Below, piece by piece: positions 20,670 to 30,269 of a stretch of DNA of 64,000 nt. This DNA comes from Parvularculaceae bacterium (GTDB lineage: Bacteria; Pseudomonadota; Alphaproteobacteria; Caulobacterales; Parvularculaceae): positions 21,383 to 85,382 of the forward strand of contig JAWKVJ010000005.1 in NCBI GenBank assembly GCA_041398085.1. Direction: 5' to 3'. The first letter of the stretch is position 1, and each line of letters starts with the position of its first letter. Below the pieces are notes generated by a model. The model did no database searches and was not told the DNA's origin. It was given only the letters and a program-made list of their open reading frames with translations. Both the position numbers and the translations under genes were made by a program.

Positions 20670-21154
20670 TTCGACGCTCCATGCTCCACAGCGGCGACGC
20701 GCCGCCCCATGTCGCAAATAGCAGCTTCATCGGCCAGCGCATCCGTCAGAGCATGAACAAGAATATGGTCTGGTTCGAGATCGATTGAGACTGTGCCGGG
20801 CGTCAGCGTGATTGAATTGGCGAATGCCGCAAGACCCGCATTCGTTTTTGTCGGGATGCCAATTTTGATCAGCCGGGGCGACAATTTCGGCTCGATCGCC
20901 AGTGCTTGCCGGGCGACGGCGATATTGGCCTTGCCAATCTCAATCGTCAGCCAAAAGAGATAGATGAAAACGCCCGGCATGATCGGCGTCGGCATGCCTT
21001 CCTCGTCGAGCATGCCCGCCCGCCAAGCAAGCGCCACGCATAGCGCGACTGACGCAGCACCAAAAATCAAAAGCTGCACATTATGAAAATAGCCTGAGAG
21101 AAGGAGCCAAAGCATGCTGAGCGCTAAAAACAGCAAGATTGCGCGCAGCACCAT
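20666..21154 (-). CDS. mnhE: Mrp/Mnh antiporter subunit E
   Basis: LWLLLSG, ANSITLTPGT, ILVHAL; AGGAGGAG RBS before ATG 21154. Confidence 0.92.
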   Translation of the reverse strand: MVLRAILLFLALSMLWLLLSGYFHNVQLLIFGAASVALCVALAWRAGMLDEEGMPTPIMPGVFIYLFWLTIEIGKANIAVARQALAIEPKLSPRLIKIGIPTKTNAGLAAFANSITLTPGTVSIDLEPDHILVHALTDALADEAAICDMGRRVAAVEHGASK

Positions 21155-21321
21155 CGAGCCCTCCTCCTCTTGGCGCATTTCATTTCTGCGCCTTGCTTAC
21201 ATTGCGCCCCGGTCGGGCCGCATGCAATACGCGCAGCCGCTAGTCAGCGCGGAACGCCTTGCCGACCTTTGCGAATTTTCTAAGGAAATCAACCCCCGGC
21301 GCCGAGCCGGTTACACGACGG

Positions 21322-22272
21322 CTAGGCGCCGCCCTCGTCTTCTGCGTCGCCGGAATTCGAATCACCGGCAGGCGTCAGGCCTTGCATCTTTGCAAAGCAT
21401 GCGCAGCCGCCGAGACTTTCGACACCGCGCGCGTCGAGATATTCTTCAATAGCATCCGCCATTATTTCTTGGGCGGAAAGACCGAGTTCGCTCGCACCGA
21501 GCGACAGGCGCATGAATTCGCGCGCATTGAGTTGAACCGTGACGCCAGCGCGAACTGGTTCAGTTGTTGCTGCGACCGGGGGCACGCTCGCGCCGGCCCA
21601 TGGTCCCTGCGCCAGCTCGGCGCCCAATTCATCATCGAATCCGTCGTCGAATTCATCATCAGCAGCGTCTGCTTGCCCGGTCTCGGCATTATCCGTCTCT
21701 TCCGGCAGAGCGGCTTCGGGATTTCCAAGGAACTCAGACTTCTCAAGCGCCGCGTCGTCCGAACTGCCGAAATTCTCGAAATAGGAAACAACCTCGTCAG
21801 CTTCGGCCTCAAGCGCGGCGATTTCTTCAGGGCTTGGATTGTCCGGATAGCCAGCCTCAACGCTTCTCTCGTTGATGACCTTCATCGCAACGGGTTCGGG
21901 CGCTTTTTTTACCTGTTCTTTTTTTGACAGTTCGAGCGCCGGCGCCGGTTGCAGCTTCACATTTGGCGCTAGCGATTTCTTTTGTTCCGGTTGCGCTGCT
22001 TCGCGCTTTGCCTGTTGCGTCGCGGGCTTCGGCGGCGTCTGCTCTTTCTTCGGCGCAGGTGTTTCAGTTTTCGGTTTGGGCGCGAGCTTGCGCGCAATCA
22101 ACGCATCGTCGAGCGAATAAGCGTCCGTTTCTTCCGCTGCATCGGCGACTGGAGAATTTGACGGCGCAGCCTGACCCTTGCGGGCGAGAAGGCCTCCCGT
22201 CAGCGCGGCAAAACGGCTTTCGACCTTGGAAGCAACGTCTCGAGAACCCGCATTGCGTTTCATCGCTAACAT
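21322..22272 (-). CDS. Hypothetical ParA partner: basic N-terminal motif, low-complexity acidic linker, C-terminal ribbon-helix-helix-like domain
   Basis: Starts 18 nt after parA; FAALTGGLLARKGQAAP; VTVQLNAREFMRL...SAQEIMADAIEEYL has a strand-helix-helix pattern. Confidence 0.65.
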   Translation of the reverse strand: MLAMKRNAGSRDVASKVESRFAALTGGLLARKGQAAPSNSPVADAAEETDAYSLDDALIARKLAPKPKTETPAPKKEQTPPKPATQQAKREAAQPEQKKSLAPNVKLQPAPALELSKKEQVKKAPEPVAMKVINERSVEAGYPDNPSPEEIAALEAEADEVVSYFENFGSSDDAALEKSEFLGNPEAALPEETDNAETGQADAADDEFDDGFDDELGAELAQGPWAGASVPPVAATTEPVRAGVTVQLNAREFMRLSLGASELGLSAQEIMADAIEEYLDARGVESLGGCACFAKMQGLTPAGDSNSGDAEDEGGA

Positions 22273-22290
22273 CTCGCTGCGCGGGCGCCC

Positions 22291-23013
22291 CTATTGCGCC
22301 GCACGGCGGCCGAATACGCGGTTCTGCTGTGCGGCGAGCGACGCTGCGCCTTGGTCGTCCGTTACCTTGTAGCCGCCTTCCTGACGCTTTAAACGGCTGT
22401 CGAGATATTGCCAGAGTTCACTCACTTCCTGCGCGGACTTACAGTAAGGATCGATCTCCATGACGGTGCGGCCGTCAATCATCGATGCAGCATAATCAAC
22501 ACGGTGATGGATGACGGTCGGTGCGACCGTTCCATGTTGAGAGAGCGCGATAGCCGCTTCCGATGTAATCCGCGATTTCGGCGTCGCGCCATTGACGACA
22601 AATACGAGCGGCTTGTTCCGCGCCTGCGCAATATCAACGGTCGGACCGACGGCGCGCAAATCATGCGGCGACGGACGCGTCGGCGCGACAACCAGATCTG
22701 CAAAGCCGACGACTTCGGAGATCGCCCGCGTCACCGCTGGCGGCGTATCGATGACGACAAGACGAAAGCCTTCATCGCGCGCCCGGTCGAGATCGTGAAA
22801 AAGGTTGGAAAAGACGGACTGGATAAAGGCCGGCTGCGGGTCCTGGCGGACGTTCCACCATTTCGCGAGCGAGCCCTGTGGGTCCGTATCGATCAGCGCG
22901 ACGGGGCCCGCCCCGGCACGGCCGGCTTCGACCGCAATGTGGCCCGACAAAGTAGTTTTGCCGGAACCCCCCTTTTGCGACGCGAAGACTATTACACGCA
23001 TCGACGCCAGCAT
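22291..23013 (-). CDS. parA: Orphan ParA-family ATPase
   Basis: Deviant Walker A QKGGSGKTT, DTDPQGS, VIDTPP; GGAGG RBS; no parB next to it. Confidence 0.92.
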   Translation of the reverse strand: MLASMRVIVFASQKGGSGKTTLSGHIAVEAGRAGAGPVALIDTDPQGSLAKWWNVRQDPQPAFIQSVFSNLFHDLDRARDEGFRLVVIDTPPAVTRAISEVVGFADLVVAPTRPSPHDLRAVGPTVDIAQARNKPLVFVVNGATPKSRITSEAAIALSQHGTVAPTVIHHRVDYAASMIDGRTVMEIDPYCKSAQEVSELWQYLDSRLKRQEGGYKVTDDQGAASLAAQQNRVFGRRAAQ

Positions 23014-23224
23014 GCGTCCTCCAAAAACACTGCCTGTGAGGCCGATCGCCCCTTGCGTATCATTGCGCACACCCTGTTAAAGCGCGGCTTTGAACGCGCC
23101 TCGAATTAAAAGAAAAATTATCTAAAATGCGCGTATCGGCGGAAACCAGGAAAAAAGAAACGCCGGAAGCAACCTAGATACGCAAGGCCGCGACCGACGC
23201 TCATATCATCCTGACACAGAACGA

Positions 23225-23239
23225 TTAAAACGCCGTTAC
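23225..23239. promoter_or_regulatory. Putative CtrA box (TTAA-N7-TTAC) upstream of parA
   Basis: TTAA-AACGCCG-TTAC in the intergenic region. Confidence 0.4.
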
Positions 23240-23251
23240 GAGAGGCCGAAA

Positions 23252-24409
23252 TTAACCGATATCGTCGTCAAGCCCTAGCAGGCGCGTGATGTGCGCGATA
23301 CGCGGATTGCCGTCCCAATCCCAATAGCGCAGCACCGCGCGGGCGTAATCGCGCGCTATACTGTCAAAGACGCTAAGCAATTCTTCGGCGCGCTCAGGCG
23401 AGAAGGGATTGTCCGCGTCCTGGCGAGAAACCAGGGTAAAAAATTCTCCGCGCGGCATGCCGAGACTTTTACACAAGACTGCAAATGGCTCTGCTCCGGG
23501 GTCGCGCAGGACGCGAGCCACGAGCTCACGCGAAACGCCGGCAATCATGCCGACCGCCATGATGATTTCCTGTGCGGGATATTTTCGCGCTGCAGCCAAT
23601 GTCTTGATGACGACATCCATGCCGACGGGCTCGCCATTGATGCCGCGCGGGCGGTGGCGGCGGTCAAGCATCACAAGAATGTCCTTGACCAGCGGATCGC
23701 CAGCATCGCCGCGAAAGACGAGTTGATAAAGATCCTGGACCGAATCCTGAATTAGCGTCCGGTCAAGCGCAAAGCGCGTAAGGATCCGTTGCCTTTGCTC
23801 AGGCCCAACCCACCAGAACATCATGAAGCCATGCGCCGGTTCGATTTCCCTTCGGCGCAATAGCAATGCCTGCATTTCCTGATCCTGCGTTGACAGGCTG
23901 ACCAGAAGATCAATCGCGTTAGGCGAAAATACAAACTCATCACGCCGTAAAAGGAGTTTTGCGACTTCCGGCTCATTATAGCTCAGGATGACGTCAGCGA
24001 GCGACGTCGTCAGATCGAGCCGGCGGGCGATTAATTCGCGGTGCGCGGTCGTTCCCTGATTCGCGCACTCGATCAGGAGCGCCTCCGGCACCGTGTCAAT
24101 CCGCCGAATGATGGGTTCAGCGATTTCCGGCTCGTCCAGCAGCAGCACCCGCAGCAACGTTGACGGCGCTTCAGGGACGCGCGCGATTCGCTTGGCGACC
24201 TCGAGGCGAAGATCGTCATCCACCTTGTCGAGCACCTGAAGCATGATATCGGCGACCAGCGAGCGCTCATTTGCTGTGATATGGGCAGCTGGCAGTACGA
24301 CGATATCGAGCATCTTCTTGATCAGCGTCGAACGCGGCGTATAGCCGGGCGCCGGCGTCAGACCGGTGCAGTCAAGCTCGATCTCAGTCGCGGAATCTGG
24401 GGTCTGCAT
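23252..24409 (-). CDS. DUF2336-family protein
   Basis: All-helical ORF with LLLDEPEIAEPII, HRELIARR and EPFAVLCKSLG segments resembling alphaproteobacterial DUF2336. Confidence 0.75.
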   Translation of the reverse strand: MQTPDSATEIELDCTGLTPAPGYTPRSTLIKKMLDIVVLPAAHITANERSLVADIMLQVLDKVDDDLRLEVAKRIARVPEAPSTLLRVLLLDEPEIAEPIIRRIDTVPEALLIECANQGTTAHRELIARRLDLTTSLADVILSYNEPEVAKLLLRRDEFVFSPNAIDLLVSLSTQDQEMQALLLRRREIEPAHGFMMFWWVGPEQRQRILTRFALDRTLIQDSVQDLYQLVFRGDAGDPLVKDILVMLDRRHRPRGINGEPVGMDVVIKTLAAARKYPAQEIIMAVGMIAGVSRELVARVLRDPGAEPFAVLCKSLGMPRGEFFTLVSRQDADNPFSPERAEELLSVFDSIARDYARAVLRYWDWDGNPRIAHITRLLGLDDDIG

Positions 24410-24457
24410 GCAGGCGAGAACCTTGAATTTTCGGACGAGCGATATTGGCGCAACACT

Positions 24458-24473
24458 GTTAACGGGGGATTAG
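24458..24473 (-). promoter_or_regulatory. Putative CtrA box (CTAA-N7-TTAAC)
   Basis: GTTAACGGGGGATTAG about 50 bp upstream of the DUF2336 start. Confidence 0.55.
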
Positions 24474-24564
24474 GCCACAGCCGAATTGGGGCGAGACGCG
24501 GCCCCTAACGCCTGCTAGGCTCCCTGAAACCGTATTCCGTTGGTCTGCTCTGTGGGGTCCCGCC

Positions 24565-24858
24565 ATGCTGAAACTCGTCATTCCGGCCGCTTTGACGGTC
24601 ATTCTCACGGCCTGCGCCACAGATTCGGGGCTCCAGGACGAACCCGGATATGTGGCTGGCTATGGCGATGGCTGCTCGACCGCCCAGGAAGAAGACAAGA
24701 GCTTTTCGACCAAGCGCTATCGCGATGCAGATGCGTTTGAGAGCGACCGGGCCTACAGGGCCGGCTGGCGGCAGGGTTACCAGCAATGCAAGGCGCCGAA
24801 CGGCAAGCCGAACGATGGCGGGCTCATCCTCGGCGATGACGACCGGAACCGGTTCTAG
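24565..24858 (+). CDS. Small hypothetical lipoprotein
   Basis: Lipobox LTAC; GYVAGYGDGC and YRAGWRQGYQQC internal repeat. Confidence 0.75.
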   Translation: MLKLVIPAALTVILTACATDSGLQDEPGYVAGYGDGCSTAQEEDKSFSTKRYRDADAFESDRAYRAGWRQGYQQCKAPNGKPNDGGLILGDDDRNRF

Positions 24859-24882
24859 GCCTAACATCGACAGACGGAATAA

Positions 24883-25647
24883 TTAGAACCAGAAGCGAAT
24901 GCCGGCAAGCACCGAAAAGGCGCGCGGGTCGGTGCCATTTAACCGCTGAATGCGCGCTGTTGACGATCCCGCCGTCCGCCATTCAAAACCGACATAAGGG
25001 GCGAATTGACGGCTGAATTCATAGCGAAGACGGGCGCCAAGCTCAGCGGAGGTTAATCCCGAACCAATCTCCAACTCGGGAATGTCTTGAGCGGAAAGAT
25101 TAAGCTCGACGCGCGGCTGCAGGATCAGCCGCTGCGTGAATAGGAGTTCGTATTCGGCTTCTATCCTCGCCGTCGCCTCACCATGACCGCTGACAAAAAT
25201 CGCAGCATCAGTCTCAAAAAGATATGGCGCCAACCCTTTAATGCCGAAGACGCCCCAGGTGCGATTAACGCCATTGGCGAAGTCGCGGCGGACGCCCGTC
25301 TGGATATCCCAAAAGGCGCGGACGGCGCGTGAATAGAGAACCTGCAATTCAGCCTGTTCAAACTCCGAGCCGTTAAACTCATATTCGCCTTCAGTCTTCA
25401 GCCAGAGTTTATTTCGGTCGCCGCCCCACAAGGCTTCGCCCTCGAACACAAGCGCGGGATCACCGTCATTCGACTGATATTCGAGACGCTCGCCGAAAAT
25501 CTTCCAAGCTGTCATGCCGCCATGGTGTGACTGCATGTGATGGCGCATCGCCGCAGTCGCTTCAGGATCAATGATTGTCTGAGCCGCAGCGCGCGCGACT
25601 AAACACTCCGCTCCGATGATAGCGGCAAGGACTAACAGCCATCTCAT
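24883..25647 (-). CDS. copB: Copper resistance outer-membrane protein CopB/PcoB
   Basis: WGGDRNKLWLKTEGE, GLAPYLFE, TQRLILQPR, LRYEFSRQFAPYVG, terminal RFWF. Confidence 0.93.
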   Translation of the reverse strand: MRWLLVLAAIIGAECLVARAAAQTIIDPEATAAMRHHMQSHHGGMTAWKIFGERLEYQSNDGDPALVFEGEALWGGDRNKLWLKTEGEYEFNGSEFEQAELQVLYSRAVRAFWDIQTGVRRDFANGVNRTWGVFGIKGLAPYLFETDAAIFVSGHGEATARIEAEYELLFTQRLILQPRVELNLSAQDIPELEIGSGLTSAELGARLRYEFSRQFAPYVGFEWRTAGSSTARIQRLNGTDPRAFSVLAGIRFWF

Positions 25648-27506
25648 CCGTTGGCGTCCTTATCCGCCGCAGCGCTCGAATGCATGCCGTGATGATCACC
25701 ATGGTGATCCATTTTCATTGGCGGCGCCGGATCCTTCATCGCCATTTGGTCAATTTTCACGGTCTGCATCATCCCGGCCATCATGTGATAGAGGAGATGG
25801 CAATGAAACGCCCATTCGCCGGGCGCGTCGGCAGTGACGTCAAAGGAGACCTTGTCGCCCGGCTTGACGATGACTGTATGTTTGCGCGGCTTGTTGGCGT
25901 GCTCGCCCGTGACCAGTTCGAAAAACATGCCATGCAGATGAATCGGATGGTTCATCATCGTGTCGTTGACAAGCGTCACCCGGACGCGCTCGCCATGACG
26001 AAAATTGATCGGCTTTGTCACTTCAGAAAATTTGACGCCGTCGAATGACCACATGTAACGGGCCATATTGCCGGTAAGATGTATCTCAATATCGCGGTCA
26101 GGCGCGCGCAAATCAGGATTGGGCGACAGGCTTGATAATTGCGCATAGGTAAGCACGCGGTGAGATACATCATTGAGTCCGGTGCCGCGCTCTGCAAGAC
26201 GCGTCGATGGCGCTGCGGCCAGCATATCAACACCGACGCCGCGTTTCACAACCGACTTTTCAACGTCTGCGGCAGAAAGGTCATGCATCTTCGAATGGTT
26301 CACCGCCCCATGGTTCATTGACCCGTGATCCATTTTTCCATGGTCCATTGCGCCATGGTCCATTTCTTCGCTGTCCATCGCGCCATGGCTCATAGCGCCA
26401 TGGCTCATCGCCATATCTTTCATGGTGAGGGTTGGACGCGGGCGCAGGGCCGGAATTGCGGCCGTCATGCCCGGCGCTTCAGCGAGCGTCGCACGCGCAA
26501 AGCCTGACCTGTCGATCGTCTCGGCGAAAATCGTATACGCGCCTTTTTCCGGCGCAACGATCACGTCATAGGTTTCCGCGACGCCAATCTGGAATTCATC
26601 CGTTTCAACGGGCGAGACATTCTGGCCGTCCGCCGCAACGATTGTCAGCGGCAAGCCCGGAATACGGACATTGAAGATTGTCATCGCCGAAGCGTTGACA
26701 AATCGCAGACGAACTCTTTCGCCGGACTCAAACAATCCGGTCCAGTTGTCGTCCGGCCCGCACCCGTTGACGACATAGCTGTATGCCGCGCCTGTCACAT
26801 CCGCGATGTCTGTCGGATCCATGCGCATCGCGCCCCACATCGCCCGGCGCGAAAAGGCGTTATCAACGCCCTTATCGCCGATGTCGGCGAAGAAATCGCC
26901 AAGCGTTCGATGTTGATAATTGAAGACCTCACTAGATTTTTTCAGCTTCCGGAACAAATTCGTGGGCTTCATATAGGTCCAGTCACCCAGGACAATGACA
27001 TGCTCGCGGTCAAACCGAACCGGGTCAGGTTTTTCAGGATCAATGATGATGGCGCCGTAAAGCCCAACTTGCTCCTGAAACCCGGAATGGCTATGATACC
27101 AGTAGGTGCCGGCTTGCCTCACCGGAAACCGGTATTGAAAAGTTTCACCGGGCCGAATGCCCGGAAAGGAAATACCGGGCACGCCGTCCATGCCGGCCGG
27201 AAGAAGAACGCCATGCCAATGGATTGAGGTGTCTTCACTCAAACCGTTGGAGACATTGAGAGTTACCTCCTCGCCTTCGCGCCAACGCAGCAGCGGCCCT
27301 GGAAACGACTGGTTCACCAGTGTAGCGCCTGAAATTTTTCCATCGACCGCAATTCGTTCGGCTGAAATTCCAAGGTCGAACCTGTTTCCGGACAAGCCTT
27401 GCGCGCGCGGCGCTGTGGCCCGCGCAAATGGCGGGTGAAGCGCGCCTGCGAAAGCGGCGACGCCGATAAGGGCGGTGTCGTTTAGAAACGCGCGTCTTGT
27501 TTTCAT
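25644..27506 (-). CDS. copA: Periplasmic multicopper oxidase CopA/PcoA (Tat-exported)
   Basis: TRRAFL Tat motif; HWHG, WYHSH, HPIHLHG, HCHLLYHM copper motifs; Met/His-rich MxHG repeats. Confidence 0.96.
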   Translation of the reverse strand: MKTRRAFLNDTALIGVAAFAGALHPPFARATAPRAQGLSGNRFDLGISAERIAVDGKISGATLVNQSFPGPLLRWREGEEVTLNVSNGLSEDTSIHWHGVLLPAGMDGVPGISFPGIRPGETFQYRFPVRQAGTYWYHSHSGFQEQVGLYGAIIIDPEKPDPVRFDREHVIVLGDWTYMKPTNLFRKLKKSSEVFNYQHRTLGDFFADIGDKGVDNAFSRRAMWGAMRMDPTDIADVTGAAYSYVVNGCGPDDNWTGLFESGERVRLRFVNASAMTIFNVRIPGLPLTIVAADGQNVSPVETDEFQIGVAETYDVIVAPEKGAYTIFAETIDRSGFARATLAEAPGMTAAIPALRPRPTLTMKDMAMSHGAMSHGAMDSEEMDHGAMDHGKMDHGSMNHGAVNHSKMHDLSAADVEKSVVKRGVGVDMLAAAPSTRLAERGTGLNDVSHRVLTYAQLSSLSPNPDLRAPDRDIEIHLTGNMARYMWSFDGVKFSEVTKPINFRHGERVRVTLVNDTMMNHPIHLHGMFFELVTGEHANKPRKHTVIVKPGDKVSFDVTADAPGEWAFHCHLLYHMMAGMMQTVKIDQMAMKDPAPPMKMDHHGDHHGMHSSAAADKDANG

Positions 27507-27518
27507 GACGCGATTATT

Positions 27519-27535
27519 ATACCCCCATGGGGTAT
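27519..27535. promoter_or_regulatory. CsoR/RcnR-type operator palindrome
   Basis: ATACCCC-CAT-GGGGTAT in the 55-bp gap between divergent copA and csoR, overlapping a minus-strand TATAAT. Confidence 0.85.
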
Positions 27536-27561
27536 TTAGCAATTCACAATTCGAGACGAAG

Positions 27562-27873
27562 ATGAGCGTGAAATCGCCAGTCCAGACGCCCCAGCCGCAT
27601 AAGCTTATTGACCGGCAACCGGTTATCAATCGGCTGAATCGCATCGCCGGTCAGGTTTCCGGCGTCGCGCGCATGATGTCGGAGAAGCGTTATTGCATCG
27701 ATATTTTAACACAGTTGCAGGCGGTCAAGGCGGCCCTGTCAAAAGTCGAAGACGAGGTTTTGAAAGAACACGCCGCCCATTGCCTCAATGACGCGATCGC
27801 CTCAGGGAGCGCCGCCGATCAAAGAGAAAAATTCTCCGAACTTGTCGAACTGGTCAGCAAGGTAAAGCGCTAA
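27562..27873 (+). CDS. csoR: CsoR/RcnR-family metal-sensing repressor
   Basis: NRLNRIAGQVSGVARM, RYCIDILTQ, HAAHC (Cys-His-Cys ligand pattern). Confidence 0.92.
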   Translation: MSVKSPVQTPQPHKLIDRQPVINRLNRIAGQVSGVARMMSEKRYCIDILTQLQAVKAALSKVEDEVLKEHAAHCLNDAIASGSAADQREKFSELVELVSKVKR

Positions 27874-27880
27874 TCCGCGA

Positions 27881-28453
27881 TCAGGCGCATCCTTGCAGAA
27901 AGCGCGACGTTTTTTCCCGGCCGATACTGTATTTCCAGATATAACCGTCGTCCCCGGCTTCAAAATACGCCGTGACGCCATCTCCGAGATCAACGACAAG
28001 GTCAATGTCCTTCGATATGAAATAATTCGGCTGGCGTGCAGCGTCCGGATAAAGCTTTTCCACCTGATCGAGTTTCATGCCGACTTTTGCGCCTTTCTGC
28101 GTGGCGATGGACGGCGTCGTAATATCGATCCGTTCAAACTCGTCACCGACAAACATGAGCGCAACACCAACACGGTTTGTGGCGGAATAGAGGTAGTGGC
28201 ACTCGGTTGTTTCAGCCGCTCTTGAATTGGTTGCGAGCGATGAGGTGAGCCGGCCATGAAACGCCGATCTGGCTTCATTTTCCGATGCGCCGAACGACAC
28301 GCCGCAAAAACCCGTTTCGGTAATGACCCAGCAGGAATCGTGTGATGCTTCAGCGCGTCGTCCAGCCGCAGCGGCGTCAGTTGGCGCGCCAACAAACATT
28401 CCGCAGAAAATAATTGCCGCTACTGCTGCAAGCCGGAAACCAGATTGAATCAT
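27881..28453 (-). CDS. Secreted hypothetical protein
   Basis: Signal peptide; IATQKGAKVGM segment; four Cys in the mature part. Confidence 0.6.
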   Translation of the reverse strand: MIQSGFRLAAVAAIIFCGMFVGAPTDAAAAGRRAEASHDSCWVITETGFCGVSFGASENEARSAFHGRLTSSLATNSRAAETTECHYLYSATNRVGVALMFVGDEFERIDITTPSIATQKGAKVGMKLDQVEKLYPDAARQPNYFISKDIDLVVDLGDGVTAYFEAGDDGYIWKYSIGREKTSRFLQGCA

Positions 28454-28469
28454 TGAGGCTTTTGTCCGT

Positions 28470-28814
28470 TCAGTCCACCAGTTTCAGTCTTTGTCGGTCA
28501 AAGACCTTCAAAACTTGTGAAAGCTCATGGCCGCGCTTCAAAATTTGCCCGGTCATCGAGATTACCGAATAGGCGCCCTGGCGCGACGCAAGCGCAGGGC
28601 GTTTTTCAATTCTGTAGAGCGGCGTTTCCGCCGATCGGCGGAAAATAGAGAAAATCGCGGTTTCTTTAAGGTGATCCACCGCATAATCGCGCCATTCGCC
28701 GGCGGCGACGAATTGCCCGTAAAGGGACAGTATCCGCGACAACTCCTCGCGTGTGAAAACAACGGCTTCCTGGCGATTGCGCGGGCTCGCTCGATCGTGG
28801 GCTACAAACATCAA
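28470..28814 (-). CDS. DUF2794-family protein
   Basis: FTREELSRILSLYG..VAAGEWRDYA, PLYRIEKRP, GQILKRGHEL. Confidence 0.9.
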   Translation of the reverse strand: MMFVAHDRASPRNRQEAVVFTREELSRILSLYGQFVAAGEWRDYAVDHLKETAIFSIFRRSAETPLYRIEKRPALASRQGAYSVISMTGQILKRGHELSQVLKVFDRQRLKLVD

Positions 28815-28866
28815 TTCGGATTTTTGATCGACTTGCGCTCAAGGGCAAGGCCGCCAATTGCCCCGG

Positions 28867-28882
28867 TCAAATCCGCGTTAAC
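28867..28882. promoter_or_regulatory. Putative CtrA box (TCAA-N7-TTAAC)
   Basis: TCAA-ATCCGCG-TTAAC(CAT) about 55 bp upstream of the DUF2794 gene. Confidence 0.45.
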
Positions 28883-29123
28883 CATCTTTCGGTCGCAATT
28901 CGCCCACCATCGCGCCCCAATTTTCCTCAAAATCGGCAAGGGTCGGACAGGTGGGACCGAAAGTGATTCCGGTTCTTTTATCGCCCCCAGCCCCCGGGAG
29001 ATCGAACGGCGCCCCCTGTCCGGCCGCTATCATTCCCCAAATCACCAATAATTAGGTTCTGGCCAACTTCCCTGCATTTGGCGGATTGGGCGGGGCGCAC
29101 TAGGCTCGCCCCCGGAGGGGGCC

Positions 29124-30269
29124 ATGACGACGCGAAGATCGCTCCTGAAAGCCGGTGCGGGCTTCATTCTGGTCTCCGGGGCCGGGATCAGCGCCTATTC
29201 GCTGACGCGATCGCCGGCGAAAGCGATCGAACCCTGGCGGCGCGCCGGTCAAAGTTTCGGAGATTCCCGGCTCGATGCCTTGAGCTACGCAATCCTTGCT
29301 CCCAACCCGCACAATATGCAGCCTTGGCGCGTCGAACTTGAGGGGACGAACGCGCTCACGATTTACGCCGATCTGGCGCGCCTCCTTCCTGAAACTGATC
29401 CGCCAAACCGACAAATCACTATCGGCTTTGGCTGTTTCCTTGAATTGTTGCGGCAGGCGGCGGCGGACAAGGGATTGGCGTGCAACGTAACGCCCTTTCC
29501 GGAAGGCGAGCCGCATCCCGTTTTGGATGAGCGCCCGATTGCACATGTAAAATTCATGCCGAACGCCGCTGAGGCCGATCCGCTTTTTTCGACAACGCTT
29601 GAACGGCGCACAAACCGCGCAACGTTTACAAGTCGCGCGATCGAGCCGGAAAAGATGGGCGAAATCCTCGCCGCAAGCATTCCAGGCGTCGATGCGGCCG
29701 GCGCAATCTCAGGCGACATGATCGATACGCTTCGCGCACTGGCGAGCGAGGCGTGGAAAATCGAATGGGACCTTAAACGAACGCGCGATGAATCAATCCG
29801 CGTAACGCGCATTGGCAAAGCCGAAATCAACGATGCGCCATGGGGCCTTGCGCTCTCAAACGTTATGATGAACGCTCTTCATGATGCTAGCGTCTTGACG
29901 CGCGAGAAAATGGACAAGCCCGGCGATTCGGCATTTAGCCAATCGAGGGAATTCTATTTAAGACTTTGCGAGAGCGCGGCCGGCTTTGTCTGGACCACCA
30001 CCGCCGAAAACACCCGCCGCGACCAACTTGCCGCCGGCGCGGCGTGGGTCCGTATGAATCAGACAGCAACGCAAGCAGGCCTTGCTTTCCACCCGCTAAG
30101 CCAGGCCTTGCAGGAGTTTCCCGAAATGGCGGCGCCGTATGCGCGCATTCACGCCTTGCTCGCGCGCAATTCCGGCGCAACTGTTCAAATGCTGGCGCGG
30201 ATTGGTTACGCGAAGACGCCGCCGCCGTCCCCGCGCGAGCCGCTTGAAGCAAAGCTCATCCCTGTATGA
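29124..30269 (+). CDS. Acg-family nitroreductase-like FMN-binding protein with Tat signal
   Basis: TRRSLL; AILAPNPHNMQPW, LPETDPPNRQ, RRTNR, HPLSQALQE. Confidence 0.88.
   Translation: MTTRRSLLKAGAGFILVSGAGISAYSLTRSPAKAIEPWRRAGQSFGDSRLDALSYAILAPNPHNMQPWRVELEGTNALTIYADLARLLPETDPPNRQITIGFGCFLELLRQAAADKGLACNVTPFPEGEPHPVLDERPIAHVKFMPNAAEADPLFSTTLERRTNRATFTSRAIEPEKMGEILAASIPGVDAAGAISGDMIDTLRALASEAWKIEWDLKRTRDESIRVTRIGKAEINDAPWGLALSNVMMNALHDASVLTREKMDKPGDSAFSQSREFYLRLCESAAGFVWTTTAENTRRDQLAAGAAWVRMNQTATQAGLAFHPLSQALQEFPEMAAPYARIHALLARNSGATVQMLARIGYAKTPPPSPREPLEAKLIPV

Noticed and set aside
13318-21154. Mrp operon with three D-like subunits as a hydrogenase or complex I module
   Set aside because: No hydrogenase or Fe-S subunits are adjacent; it fits a known Mrp/Mnh variant.
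26281-26425. 15-bp-period repeats inside copA
   Set aside because: They encode the known Met/His-rich region of CopA-type oxidases.
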